A stretch of 64,000 nucleotides of DNA from a virus (taxonomy: Duplodnaviria; Caudoviricetes): the IMG/VR virus record IMGVR_UViG_3300044611_001018; one strand, 5' to 3'. A program made the position numbers and the translations under genes. The notes under the pieces were generated by a model, which was given only the letters and a program-made list of their open reading frames with translations, had not been told where the DNA came from and ran no database searches. Positions within the stretch are counted from its first letter, which is position 1, and each line of letters opens with the position of its first letter. Below are positions 28,264 through 38,065 of this stretch, one piece after another.

Positions 28264-28880
28264 TTTTTAAATACCTCCATATTAGGCAAGAAGGGATAAT
28301 CCAAATATTGAAATCTTTTTGGTTTTTTAAATGCCACATCATTAAATTTTTGAATGCCTAAAGATGCAGTTTCTGGCGTCATATAATAATGATAACCAAT
28401 CATATCTATATTCTGTTCTCCCCATGGTTTATCGTTAGTTCTTCCATCATAAACCATTTTTTTAAGCGTCGTATATGCCTCCTTATCATCCAATAATATA
28501 ATTCCACCACGACCAAGATTTAAATGCTTCTTAAATTGAAAACTAATGCACATATATGTACCAGGAATATATGTATTCTGCTCCCATAAAACCGCAGCAT
28601 CAATTATATTAGTATTCCAAAGATAATAATAATCTGTCCAAATATAATTTTTTTTCCATGTCCATTTTATACCCAATTTTTCAGCAGTAAATGGAATAGA
28701 AATATAAGTGTGCTCTGGTATTTGTATATCATTATACTTTTCATATCTAAGACATAACTCTATAGCATGAGTACAACAATCCGTTGCCACAGCATAAGGT
28801 GCATTAAAAAAATTAGATATTATTTTTTCAAACCTATTAACTACATCAAATTCCATTTTCATAAAGATTGTAATCCTCAC
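28260..28880 (-). CDS. Shortened DegT/DnrJ/EryC1/StrS PLP-dependent aminotransferase
   Basis: YAVATDCCTHAIEL, IIDAAV, SFQFKKHL (PLP Lys), GRGGII, GYHYYM; only 206 aa. Confidence 0.75.
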   Translation of the reverse strand: MRITIFMKMEFDVVNRFEKIISNFFNAPYAVATDCCTHAIELCLRYEKYNDIQIPEHTYISIPFTAEKLGIKWTWKKNYIWTDYYYLWNTNIIDAAVLWEQNTYIPGTYMCISFQFKKHLNLGRGGIILLDDKEAYTTLKKMVYDGRTNDKPWGEQNIDMIGYHYYMTPETASLGIQKFNDVAFKKPKRFQYLDYPFLPNMEVFKK

Positions 28881-29577
28881 TATACAAATTGTTAAATTCT
28901 TCTAAATCTGGTTCAACATAGTCTTGATATATTTTTTTACATATTGAACTGTAATTGGGCATAAAATATTTTGAATTTCTTAAATGAGGAATTTCAAATG
29001 ATTTATATTTTACTCTTTCAATATCATCTTGAATATTAGTTCTTATAAAATTATTAACTTTAAATGTCATATCTCCTTCCAATTTTATTAATTTAAGATT
29101 TCCTTTGTTCTCAAGACACAATCTTAGAAATAATTTTTGAGGAGCTGTATGTTCATCATAGATGTACTTTTTATTTTTAACTTGTTTAACAACCCATTCA
29201 ATAGGTGGTTTATATCTACACATAAATTCATTCAATCCAGATATCCATCTTTTAGTAGGATCCCTAGTAATTGCAAAGAATATATGTTCAGATTCTACAA
29301 AATATTGTGCTAAAAAATCTGGGTCTTTTGCTCTTGGTAATTTATCTAATGGGATGAAATTTGGACAATGAGCATTAAATGCTGTAGTAATAGAAGTACT
29401 ACCACACTTATCAACATGCATAAAAACTAATTTATAATTTTTTGCCCAGTAGCAATTTACAAATCCTTCTTTATGAATAACTTGTCCATCTATACCTTTT
29501 TGTAACTTAAAAGTAAATGCAGAGCAATGTTTTGAACATTGTTCTACAATATCATCTATGACTGCTCTTCTTTTCAT
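28846..29577 (-). CDS. Sulfotransferase (family 2-like)
   Basis: 5'-PSB FMHVDKCGSTSI and 3'-PB RDPTKRWISG; HTAPQ. Confidence 0.7.
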   Translation of the reverse strand: MKRRAVIDDIVEQCSKHCSAFTFKLQKGIDGQVIHKEGFVNCYWAKNYKLVFMHVDKCGSTSITTAFNAHCPNFIPLDKLPRAKDPDFLAQYFVESEHIFFAITRDPTKRWISGLNEFMCRYKPPIEWVVKQVKNKKYIYDEHTAPQKLFLRLCLENKGNLKLIKLEGDMTFKVNNFIRTNIQDDIERVKYKSFEIPHLRNSKYFMPNYSSICKKIYQDYVEPDLEEFNNLYSEDYNLYENGI

Positions 29578-30089
29578 ATCGTTGCTGTTATCTGCATTGT
29601 ATATCTATTTTCATCTCCAAGGTTTGCTGCCATATGTGGTGCATCTCCTCTCCACATATAACAATCACCCTTCTTCCAATTAACAATTGGTGTTCGGTTC
29701 AATTCAAAATAATGCCCAGATTTCCAGTCATTTAAAAAGATTAAAAATCTACACACATTATTTTGGTCTTCAATATTATATACCTTTCTATATCTAGGAT
29801 ACGTATCTTGGTGTTCTGGCATAATAGTTCCAGGTGGCATACAATATACGGACAAAGAAGTATTTTTTACTTGATGTTCCTTTTTAATTTCATTCACAAT
29901 ATCATGACACCATTGTGGAACTCCTCTATATTCTTCCCTTAAAAGACCAGTATAGTTCACATACAAATGCCCCAATGATTTCCACCGATTAACGGTTTCA
30001 TCATCAGGGAATTGTCTTCTATCTGGATATTCTATATTAGTATAATCTCCGATTATATCGGGATTTATGCTTTTTACTCTATAATTCAT
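29574..30089 (-). CDS. 2OG-Fe(II)/cupin oxygenase-like protein
   Basis: MPPGTIMPEHQD, W.KGD..W....PHMAAN.G...RYTMQIT. Confidence 0.6.
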   Translation of the reverse strand: MNYRVKSINPDIIGDYTNIEYPDRRQFPDDETVNRWKSLGHLYVNYTGLLREEYRGVPQWCHDIVNEIKKEHQVKNTSLSVYCMPPGTIMPEHQDTYPRYRKVYNIEDQNNVCRFLIFLNDWKSGHYFELNRTPIVNWKKGDCYMWRGDAPHMAANLGDENRYTMQITATI

Positions 30090-30607
30090 TGTGGTAAATA
30101 TATATTATTTTGATTTTTACTGTACCAACAAGGCAAAGTATACCTCTCACCACTTATTACTTTAGTGACTCCATGATAAGTACGAGAACTAAAAAATATT
30201 ATTTTACCTTTTTTAGGGTTACATGTAAAGTTATCACTTGGGAAGTATGTCTTTCCTCCAGTAAAATTATCGTTTAAATATAAAACAGAACTATAGTCTC
30301 GATGATTTTGGTCTTGATGAACTTCCATATCTATTCCAGGGAGCATTTGAACAATGCTCCAATATTCCAAATATAAATTTACATCTAAGTTATCCCTATA
30401 AAATAATTTAGATAAAGTTTGAATGGATTTAATTTGAAGTATAAGAAGATTGGATAATAGTATCTTATCTTCAACTAAGTAAGGACACAAAGTTTTATCT
30501 TCAAAATAACCTTCTAGATGTATATTCCTAAAATTAGTATTATTAAAGTATTTTACTAAGTCATCACATATAGACTCATCTAAAAAATTTTCTATTTCGT
30601 AAATCAC
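30086..30607 (-). CDS. Prolyl-4-hydroxylase-like 2OG-Fe(II) oxygenase
   Basis: VHQD, SSVLYLND.F.GG, HGVTKV..GERY. Confidence 0.8.
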   Translation of the reverse strand: MIYEIENFLDESICDDLVKYFNNTNFRNIHLEGYFEDKTLCPYLVEDKILLSNLLILQIKSIQTLSKLFYRDNLDVNLYLEYWSIVQMLPGIDMEVHQDQNHRDYSSVLYLNDNFTGGKTYFPSDNFTCNPKKGKIIFFSSRTYHGVTKVISGERYTLPCWYSKNQNNIYLPQ

Positions 30608-30609
30608 AT

Positions 30610-31992
30610 TTAAAATTTAAAATCGGAGAATAATTTTTTAGCAGAAGATTTTTTTTCTTCATATTCATATTCTTCTTCCTGCCCACTATCGGTAATATTA
30701 TTTTGGGCACTTTGTTCACAATCATACAATCTCATTTTTGCTCTATCAATACCCAGAACAAACCGTTTAAATACTGTAGGATCATTATATCTATTCTTAA
30801 GTTGCTTTACCATAATCTGTCCAAGTTGCTCCAACTCTTCTGTGCTAATAAGAGCAAACATAAGGTCGGCAGTAGCAGGAAGACCAAAGGATTCAGAAGT
30901 ATCAGTAAGTTCAACATCAGAGTTGCCATAACCTGAACGAGTAGTTTGAGTGGCAGACATGATTGGCACATTGAATTCGACTGCAAGACCCCTAAGTTCC
31001 TCAGCAATTGCCTTGATATACGAATAAGAATTAACAGACATGTTTCCCCGATACCTGCTGGAAGCACAAATATTAAGGTAATCGATAAAAATAATATCAG
31101 GTTTAAATGACTTCTTAAGTGTAAGTTCATTAAGCAATGCTTTAAAGTGTCCACTATGCGCTGATGCAGTTGGATACTCTTTAATTATAAGATGTCCTTT
31201 TGTTTTATTTACAAGAGTATTAATTTTATTTTCAAAAATTTGTTTTGGTAAATTAATTAATTCTTGGATTGGAACATTGAGAAGGTTTGCATCAATTCGC
31301 TCTGCAATTCGTTCCTCCGCCATTTCAAGTGTGATATAGAGAACGTTCCTGCCTTGCAATAAGACGGAACTAGCCACATGACACATGAATAGCGATTTCC
31401 CAACGCCTGTCCCAGCGAGAGCGATGTTGAGAGTCTTATTAGGGAGACCACCTTTTGTAATTTTGTTGAAATACTCCAGGTCAAACTCAATCTTATCTTC
31501 CTTCCTGTGGTAAAAATCATAACGTTCTTCATAATTTTGTAAGTAATCATGACCAATATTGTTATCAAAAGATACTGCTAGGGCATCTGAAAGAATATTT
31601 GGAATAGCATCTCTTGTTTTTTTCTCATCATTACCATCAGCAATGTGAATAGATTCCATAAGTGCAAGATAAATTGCACGATCTCGGCACCATTTTTCAG
31701 TTGTATCAAGTAACCACTGTTGGTCTACAGGAGAATCATCAAGAGAATTACTAATTTCTCTAATTTCTTTAACTTCAGACTCAGTAAGATCTGTACGATT
31801 TTCTAACTCAATGCCAAGTGCTTCTAAAGTAATTGCTGAACCATATTTAACAATAAATTGAACAACTTCTTCAAAAATTACTTTTTCAGTTACTTTATCA
31901 AAATAAGTTGGTTGAATAAATGGAATAACTTTTCTAGAGTAATCTTCATTAAATACTAAATTTCTGAGAATGGTTGTCTCAATTCGTTCCAT
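30610..31992 (-). CDS. gp41: Replicative DNA helicase (T4 gp41-like)
   Basis: Walker A AGTGVGKS; FIDYLNIC; KQLKNRY; start re-assigned to MERIE. Confidence 0.95.
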   Translation of the reverse strand: MERIETTILRNLVFNEDYSRKVIPFIQPTYFDKVTEKVIFEEVVQFIVKYGSAITLEALGIELENRTDLTESEVKEIREISNSLDDSPVDQQWLLDTTEKWCRDRAIYLALMESIHIADGNDEKKTRDAIPNILSDALAVSFDNNIGHDYLQNYEERYDFYHRKEDKIEFDLEYFNKITKGGLPNKTLNIALAGTGVGKSLFMCHVASSVLLQGRNVLYITLEMAEERIAERIDANLLNVPIQELINLPKQIFENKINTLVNKTKGHLIIKEYPTASAHSGHFKALLNELTLKKSFKPDIIFIDYLNICASSRYRGNMSVNSYSYIKAIAEELRGLAVEFNVPIMSATQTTRSGYGNSDVELTDTSESFGLPATADLMFALISTEELEQLGQIMVKQLKNRYNDPTVFKRFVLGIDRAKMRLYDCEQSAQNNITDSGQEEEYEYEEKKSSAKKLFSDFKF

Positions 31993-32989
31993 AAGAGAAT
32001 TCTTTTTTCGCGGCAGCATCAAGTTGCTGCATTACTTCTTCAGTGAAATATTGATCAGGATTTTTTAGAATCTCCTTACCATATATTTTTTTACCATTGA
32101 TTTCATAGCGTCCTGCTACATTCTTCCAGAGTCCACCAATCTCACCAAGTTCCAGAAGACCATAGTAACGATCAAGACCGCGCTCATCATAATACAAACG
32201 GACTTCAACATCTTTGTTCTCCTTACTCAAACGCGATTTAGCAGTCTTAGCCTTGATAATATTGCCGACCACTTCTGTTCCATCCTTTTCTTTCTTTTTG
32301 CTGAGATAAATGATCGTACTTGCTGCGTACTTGAGACCAGAACCTCCACCCATTTCTTTCGTTGGTACATAAGCTCCGATGACATCGTATGTATGATTTG
32401 TGACAATGAGCGGGACATTTGCTTGACCTAGTTTGAGTGTGAGCATTCGGAATGCACCTTTAACCAATTGAGATTTGGTCATGTCACGAACTTGTTTGTC
32501 GTTCAGTGCATCAGTGATTTCTTTCTCTGTGGAAAGCATACCTAAAGAGTCTAGCACAAACATGCAAGGTTTGCGTTCCTCTACAGGTTTCTTAAGATAC
32601 AAATCAACTGCCTTTAATGCCTTCCCGCGAAACTCTTCAATAGTAACAACATTAACAACCACCAAACGAGAAGTATCAATTCCACGAGATTCAATCAAAG
32701 ATTTAGTGATAGCAGCCTCAGTATCAAAGTAGAGGCAGTAACCATCGGGATTAGTATCAAGAAAGTTCTTAACAACGGCGAGAGAGAAAAAAGTCTTTCC
32801 AGTAGAAGACTCTCCAGCAATAGCAGTAATCTTATTCCCAGATACACCACCAAATATGCTACCTGAAACCAGTGCATTAAAAATGTATGAACCCGTATCA
32901 ACATAAGTCTCAGTCTCATCAATATCTGATGCTAACTTAGTAAAGTCATCACCAATTTCTTTTACAATATCTTTAAGAAAATCCATCAC
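31979..32989 (-). CDS. uvsX: RecA-like recombinase
   Basis: [26 protein letters not shown]. Confidence 0.95.
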   Translation of the reverse strand: MMDFLKDIVKEIGDDFTKLASDIDETETYVDTGSYIFNALVSGSIFGGVSGNKITAIAGESSTGKTFFSLAVVKNFLDTNPDGYCLYFDTEAAITKSLIESRGIDTSRLVVVNVVTIEEFRGKALKAVDLYLKKPVEERKPCMFVLDSLGMLSTEKEITDALNDKQVRDMTKSQLVKGAFRMLTLKLGQANVPLIVTNHTYDVIGAYVPTKEMGGGSGLKYAASTIIYLSKKKEKDGTEVVGNIIKAKTAKSRLSKENKDVEVRLYYDERGLDRYYGLLELGEIGGLWKNVAGRYEINGKKIYGKEILKNPDQYFTEEVMQQLDAAAKKEFSYGTN

Positions 32990-33114
32990 TTATCTCCAAT
33001 AAAAACATAATCTGGATGTTGAGATTTAAACGTCTCTACTGCCTCTTCAGTTTTAAAAAATTTAAAGAGTGATGTGTTTGGAAACTCTTTAATGTAATAA
33101 TTCAGTTTAATCAT
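32986..33114 (-). CDS. Small hypothetical protein (42 aa)
   Basis: Manual translation [42 protein letters not shown]; coupled to its neighbours. Confidence 0.5.
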   Translation of the reverse strand: MIKLNYYIKEFPNTSLFKFFKTEEAVETFKSQHPDYVFIGDK

Positions 33115-33278
33115 CACGCTACCATCCCGTATTCTTTACGAAGTATTTCTTTATAAGGTAAACCTTGTTCTTTAAGTTCTTTAACTAATTTAAGTTTTTG
33201 ATAAAGTGCTGAATCTCCTCCCAGAGACATGGCGCGAATAATAGTATTCAGTTCGTTGTCATTAATAGGCAAATCCAT
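33114..33278 (-). CDS. Small hypothetical protein (54 aa)
   Basis: Manual translation MDLPINDNELNTIIRAMSLGGDSALYQKLKLVKEL...; TAATG coupling to gp43. Confidence 0.6.
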   Translation of the reverse strand: MDLPINDNELNTIIRAMSLGGDSALYQKLKLVKELKEQGLPYKEILRKEYGMVA

Positions 33279-35773
33279 TAAGCAAAAAATAATTCAAGGT
33301 TTACAGTTTTTTCCACATTCCATCCAATTGAATCAAGAATAGATTTTAGTGGATCTACAAAACTTTTTTCAAATTGTAAGTCATAATCAATGTATTTGTC
33401 AAGATCAAGTTCCTTGGGAAAATCTTGAATAAACGAGATAATATTTTCTTGTATTGTATTTGGTTTTTTTAAATATACAAATTTAATTTTTTCTCCGTTT
33501 GCAATAAGAGAATATTTTTTAGTCAATTTTTTTTGTTTAACATAATGGTTAAACAAAAGTGCTCCTCGAATATGAATTGGAGTTCCCTTTACATAAATGC
33601 TTGAAGGGGACTGGTATTTGCGAACATCGGAAGCAGTACGGGGGAATGCAATCTGTTCTGGTGGAAGAGATTTGAATTCAGATCTACATTTATCAATGAA
33701 GTTAATTACATCCTCTTCAGTTCCACTCATCATAAGTTTTAAACCATCTTTAATCATCTTGCGACAAGGTGCAGGAGTAGAAGACTTAACCGCCTCAATG
33801 CCCATCATCTTGAGTTTAGGTTCTTCATAACGAACACCCTCACTATCCCAGACATTCAGAATGTATCTCTTCTTCGCAGTCCAGATTCCACGCTCAGCAA
33901 TGTTCTCACGCTTCATCTGCATCTTCTGGTCATAAGCATTCACATACTGAGCCAGTTCTTCGTAGCAACCTTCAATATACTTTTCAAGTTCCACTTTACA
34001 GACCTTATCAAGGAACGTAACAACGCCTTCAGTAGTTTTCTCTCTTCCCTTGTATACAGTTTCAACCATAGGACCCATATTAAGATAAATGGAGTCAGTA
34101 TCTGCAGCAATAACATAATCAACATCATCGGTTTTCAAAAGTTTATTAAGATATGCATTCATCTTATTCTCAATCCAACGGATAGATACCTGACCAGACA
34201 AGGTGATTGCCTCTGCATTTGCTAGTTTGTAATAACGGAAATACTGATTGCCGATAGCACCATAAGCAGAGTTAAGTTGAATCTTCCTCGCCATTTGGAT
34301 GTTGTTACATCTTGCAATTTCCTTTTCCAACTCTTTAGTCTTTTTCTTTTCATACTCCTGCTTTGCCTCAAGCATCTTCTTTTTATAGATGGTACGATCC
34401 TTATAAATCTTTTCCATCAACTCTGGCAAGAATCCACGAACATCCTTGCGAAACATTGCACCGTTAGCACAAACTGCTTTATCCTTATACAATTCAAATG
34501 TAATTTCTTGATTTAAAATCTTGTCAACAGTTACATTTGGATGCTTCTCTTCCAGAAGAGTTTCTGGTGAGATATTATATTGCATAATAAGATGAGGATA
34601 GAGTGAGTTAAGGTCAAAAGACACAACCCAATCATACTTACCAGGGACTGGTTCTTTTACATAAGCGCCAGCATACTTTGAATCCTTATCTGAACGTTCT
34701 TTTGGAGGAATAACAATATTTCTCTCCTTCAAATAATTAAAGATAATCGTATCCCACATCCTAACCTGATAGAATACATCCTCATAGTTTACTTTGGCGT
34801 CATATGCCATAGTAAGTGCAAGTTCAATCAATTTCATCTTGTCTTCCAAACGGTCAACAAGTTCTACGTCGATGATGTTGTATTCTACAAACTTCTGCCA
34901 ACCTTTAGTATAAAAGTCCTTGAACGTATCAAACTCAGAGTGGTCCAGTTTTTTCTGACCAAGTTCAACATTTGCAATGTGGTCCAAACGATAGGATTCT
35001 TGATTGGTGTATGTGAATTTTTTATACAAATCAAGATAATCTAATTGAGAAATTCCACCAATGTCATAAGATATTTGCTTTCTTCCAGTAACAAAAATCT
35101 CTTGTTCTGTTACTAGTCCCCAAGGAGACAATCTCTTCATCAACTTTTCACCAAGAACTCTATCTAATCGGCGGACAATATATGGAATATCATACAATTT
35201 ACTATTCCATCCAGTAATAACTTCTGGAGTATTTTCCATCCACCAATTAATAAAATCATTTAAAAGGTCATACTCATTATTAAATCTTTTATAGTAAAGA
35301 TTGCCTTTATTTAATTTAAATGGTCCTTGACCCCAAGTAATAATTTCTTTTGTTGTATAATCTTGAATTGTAATAAGTAAAACTTCTTCTGCTGCGTTTT
35401 CTACGTCTGGAAATCCATTTTCAGACGCAACCTCAATGTCAATTGTAAATAGTTTAATCTTACTAATATCAAATTTTATTTCAGATTGTGGGTATTTGTC
35501 CGATATGTATTGGTAAATATATCTTTCATTTCCGTAAACCTTAAATCCGTCTACACCTTCATATTTTTTTATAAATTCTCTACATTCTTTTACAAATCCA
35601 GGTTTAATAGATTCTACATATTCCCCAGATAAAGTTTTATAATTCGTTTTTTTATTTGAAGTAACAAAAAGGGTCGGAGTAAATTTCTCACGAGTCATGA
35701 AGTGTTTTCCATCTTCATATCCTCTTACGAGAAATTGATCCCCGACCATTTGGACGTTGGTATAAAACCTCAT
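33278..35773 (-). CDS. gp43: Family B DNA polymerase (T4 gp43-like)
   Basis: ExoI DIE; SFDLNSLYP; KIQLNSAYG; DTDS (AADTDSIY). Confidence 0.98.
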   Translation of the reverse strand: MRFYTNVQMVGDQFLVRGYEDGKHFMTREKFTPTLFVTSNKKTNYKTLSGEYVESIKPGFVKECREFIKKYEGVDGFKVYGNERYIYQYISDKYPQSEIKFDISKIKLFTIDIEVASENGFPDVENAAEEVLLITIQDYTTKEIITWGQGPFKLNKGNLYYKRFNNEYDLLNDFINWWMENTPEVITGWNSKLYDIPYIVRRLDRVLGEKLMKRLSPWGLVTEQEIFVTGRKQISYDIGGISQLDYLDLYKKFTYTNQESYRLDHIANVELGQKKLDHSEFDTFKDFYTKGWQKFVEYNIIDVELVDRLEDKMKLIELALTMAYDAKVNYEDVFYQVRMWDTIIFNYLKERNIVIPPKERSDKDSKYAGAYVKEPVPGKYDWVVSFDLNSLYPHLIMQYNISPETLLEEKHPNVTVDKILNQEITFELYKDKAVCANGAMFRKDVRGFLPELMEKIYKDRTIYKKKMLEAKQEYEKKKTKELEKEIARCNNIQMARKIQLNSAYGAIGNQYFRYYKLANAEAITLSGQVSIRWIENKMNAYLNKLLKTDDVDYVIAADTDSIYLNMGPMVETVYKGREKTTEGVVTFLDKVCKVELEKYIEGCYEELAQYVNAYDQKMQMKRENIAERGIWTAKKRYILNVWDSEGVRYEEPKLKMMGIEAVKSSTPAPCRKMIKDGLKLMMSGTEEDVINFIDKCRSEFKSLPPEQIAFPRTASDVRKYQSPSSIYVKGTPIHIRGALLFNHYVKQKKLTKKYSLIANGEKIKFVYLKKPNTIQENIISFIQDFPKELDLDKYIDYDLQFEKSFVDPLKSILDSIGWNVEKTVNLELFFA

Positions 35774-36033
35774 TACTTAGTCAAGTCATCATACAGTTCC
35801 TTGATTCTAGCAGTGGGTTCGGCAATAGTCAAGATTTTATCAGAATGAATCATGAATTCATTCTGAATGGTCATTTCTCCTAACCATGGTTGCAGCGTAC
35901 CATCAGAAATAATATTAAATGGTTGAACTAATTTACAATCAGGTTCTCCAATATCAGCAGATTCTGCTTCTTCAATTTGAGAAATCAGAGTTCCACCAGA
36001 AGTAAAAATAATTACCTTTGAATTTTTTGACAT
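35773..36033 (-). CDS. Sm-like fold hypothetical protein
   Basis: KVIIFTSGGTLIS...LQPW; paralogue of the adjacent gene. Confidence 0.5.
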   Translation of the reverse strand: MSKNSKVIIFTSGGTLISQIEEAESADIGEPDCKLVQPFNIISDGTLQPWLGEMTIQNEFMIHSDKILTIAEPTARIKELYDDLTK

Positions 36034-36034
36034 A

Positions 36035-36385
36035 TCAGCAATCCTCACATGAATCGGTTAAAACAATAGATTGTTCTTGAGTTTCTTCAGTTTCTCTAAG
36101 AATATCTACAACATACATTTTGTGTAGTTCGTCTACTGGATCAATAAACGTAACAATCCAGTCAAGAGGAACTGGAAATCTAATTCCTTTGCCCAATGGA
36201 ATCCATGGACTCAATTTAATATCAAGTGATGCACTACCAGTTGATTTATTAACTTTTGGATCTGTAGTTTTTACTAAACAAGGTTTAATGAAAAAGTATC
36301 CAACTACTTTATCTTCAAGAAGCATTTCCTCAACTTTGGTAACAATCTGTTCTCCTGTTTTTACAACAGCTAATTTAATTGCCAT
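36035..36385 (-). CDS. Sm-like fold hypothetical protein
   Basis: IKLAVVKTGEQIV...LSPWIP. Confidence 0.55.
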   Translation of the reverse strand: MAIKLAVVKTGEQIVTKVEEMLLEDKVVGYFFIKPCLVKTTDPKVNKSTGSASLDIKLSPWIPLGKGIRFPVPLDWIVTFIDPVDELHKMYVVDILRETEETQEQSIVLTDSCEDC

Positions 36386-36417
36386 AATTTTGATAAAACT
36401 TTATTTAAATACTAGCA

Positions 36418-36463
36418 CAAAAAAGAAAATGGGGCAAGAGCTGATATTTGCCAGCTCTCGCCC
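36418..36463 (-). terminator. Long GC-rich hairpin terminator
   Basis: GGGCGAGAGCTGG/TCAGCTCTTGCCC 13-bp stem plus U-rich tail. Confidence 0.7.
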
Positions 36464-36488
36464 TTGCGCCGACGATATTCAGTATTAT

Positions 36489-36668
36489 TTATTCATCTCC
36501 GCCGCCACCATCACCACCATCACCCCCAGCACTTGATGCAGATCTTTTTGGAACTGCTCTGCCAGCACCAATGTTTGTCACTCTATTTTTACTATAAACT
36601 TTATGGGGTTTTGCCATTTTAAAACCTATGGTTTTAATTTCAGTAATAAATTGGCGGAATGTTTTCAT
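36489..36668 (-). CDS. Small basic/Gly-rich protein with capsid-targeting-like N-terminus (59 aa)
   Basis: Manual translation MKTFRQFITEIKTIGFKMAKPHKVYSKNRVTNIGAGRAVPKRSASSAGGDGDGGGGDE; missed by the ORF track. Confidence 0.55.
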   Translation of the reverse strand: MKTFRQFITEIKTIGFKMAKPHKVYSKNRVTNIGAGRAVPKRSASSAGGDGGDGGGGDE

Positions 36669-36682
36669 TGTTTTTATTTTAT

Positions 36683-37123
36683 TTAGAGATAATCTCTACG
36701 AGCATGATGATCTGGAACTACTTTACCAAGAACAATAGTCAACAATCCATTATCAAAGGCAACCTCTCGTACTTCAGTGTCATCAGCGATTGTCCACGCT
36801 CTTTTGAAAGATCGTTGAGCCAATCCCTTATGGAGGTAATGGGTATCAGTCTCTCTGTCCTCCTTTTGCCCTTCGACAAAAAGTTTTCCATACTCCGTGT
36901 ATACATGAACTTCCTCCTTTTTAAATCCAGCAAGTGCAAGTTCTAGGCGTGATTCCACATTGCTTACCTGAACAAGATTGTATGGTGGATAATTAGATGT
37001 AGTTTCATGAAGATTAAATAGACGATCAAAATATTCATCCATTCCAATGCTATTGCGGGTAATCCTGTCCATCAAGGCAGGCAAATCCGCAGATGTAAAC
37101 CGTGAGGTTACAAGGTTAGTCAT
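36683..37123 (-). CDS. hsp20: Small heat shock protein (Hsp20/IbpA-like)
   Basis: NYPPYN, LALAGF, HKGLAQRSF, NGLLTI; SD AAAGGAG before ATG 37123. Confidence 0.93.
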   Translation of the reverse strand: MTNLVTSRFTSADLPALMDRITRNSIGMDEYFDRLFNLHETTSNYPPYNLVQVSNVESRLELALAGFKKEEVHVYTEYGKLFVEGQKEDRETDTHYLHKGLAQRSFKRAWTIADDTEVREVAFDNGLLTIVLGKVVPDHHARRDYL

Positions 37124-37198
37124 TATGGTAGCTCCTTTAAAAGCGAGTTTGTATTTTGTGGACCCTTTCGGCACCCATTACTAATTATACAAGATTAC

Positions 37199-37224
37199 AA
37201 AAAAAGAGGGGTAGTAAACCCCTC
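37199..37224 (-). terminator. regA terminator
   Basis: gagggg/cccctc stem plus T tract; TATAAT -10 for hsp20 at 37184-37189. Confidence 0.75.
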
Positions 37225-37244
37225 ACTTTTTTATACGGTTTCTA

Positions 37245-37685
37245 TTACTCATCGTCAGATGGTTTCTTCTTAGACCCAATATTATATTTTTGTTCTAGAA
37301 TCCAGTCTCCTTTATCTTTATAAGAGAGAACTTTAATTTGATTAAGTGGTGCAATGTCACTAATAGAGTCTCCATTCACAACACTAATCAGACCCCAATC
37401 CGAAAGAAGTCTTGCAATTCTATTCCTTCTTTGAATATCATTGACAGTAAGATTTGCGTGTTTGCCATCTAAAGCAAACAATTCTTTAAAGTGGGTAATA
37501 TAATATCTACCTTGCTTATGTAGAATATGGCAAGATTGATAGAGTTTTTTCTCCTTGCGCGATGCAACTCCGATGCGAGTTAAAGTTTCACGAACTTTAA
37601 GGAAGTCGTCAGGTTCATTAAGAATAACTTCCACCATCATATTGGGTGTCCAATTAACCTGAGGTTCAATAGTATTATTAGTCAT
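37245..37685 (-). CDS. regA: Translational repressor RegA
   Basis: DDFLKVRETLTRIG..LYQSCHILHKQG.YYI.HFKE. Confidence 0.95.
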   Translation of the reverse strand: MTNNTIEPQVNWTPNMMVEVILNEPDDFLKVRETLTRIGVASRKEKKLYQSCHILHKQGRYYITHFKELFALDGKHANLTVNDIQRRNRIARLLSDWGLISVVNGDSISDIAPLNQIKVLSYKDKGDWILEQKYNIGSKKKPSDDE

Positions 37686-38065
37686 TTGTTCTTTCCACCA
37701 GTATCAAGTCTTTGTTTAATAAAATCGAGTTGTTCTCTAGATAAAATTTTCAGTGCTTGCATTGCTTTATCATTACTATAACTATAGTATTGTTTTACAA
37801 TATCAAGGTCGTTAACTTTATCTTTTCGGAGCCAAGGAGAGAATCTCTTCTTTTTCCTCAAACTATTTAGATAAAAAGAATATTGCAGTTCCTTGTCTAG
37901 AAAATGACTTTTATTCATTTCATTTGCAAAAAAAATTGCGTCAATATGAGATGATAGACACCTATTAATAATATAAGGTGGATAACTTTTAATTAAAGTT
38001 GGATCATCAGATACTAGATTATCTTTTGTGTGATTAATTGAATTTAACCAATCTTTTAATTCCAT
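37682..38065 (-). CDS. gp62: Clamp loader small subunit
   Basis: WLNSIN..YPPYIINRCLS..YSFYLNSLRKKKRFSPW; position next to regA. Confidence 0.9.
   Translation of the reverse strand: MELKDWLNSINHTKDNLVSDDPTLIKSYPPYIINRCLSSHIDAIFFANEMNKSHFLDKELQYSFYLNSLRKKKRFSPWLRKDKVNDLDIVKQYYSYSNDKAMQALKILSREQLDFIKQRLDTGGKNK

Noticed and set aside
20600-30607. T4-style hmC/glucosylation or 7-deazaguanine DNA modification
   Set aside because: No dCMP hydroxymethylase, TET/JBP, T4 alpha/beta-glucosyltransferase, queC/folE or dpdA signatures recognised; the GTs are LPS-type
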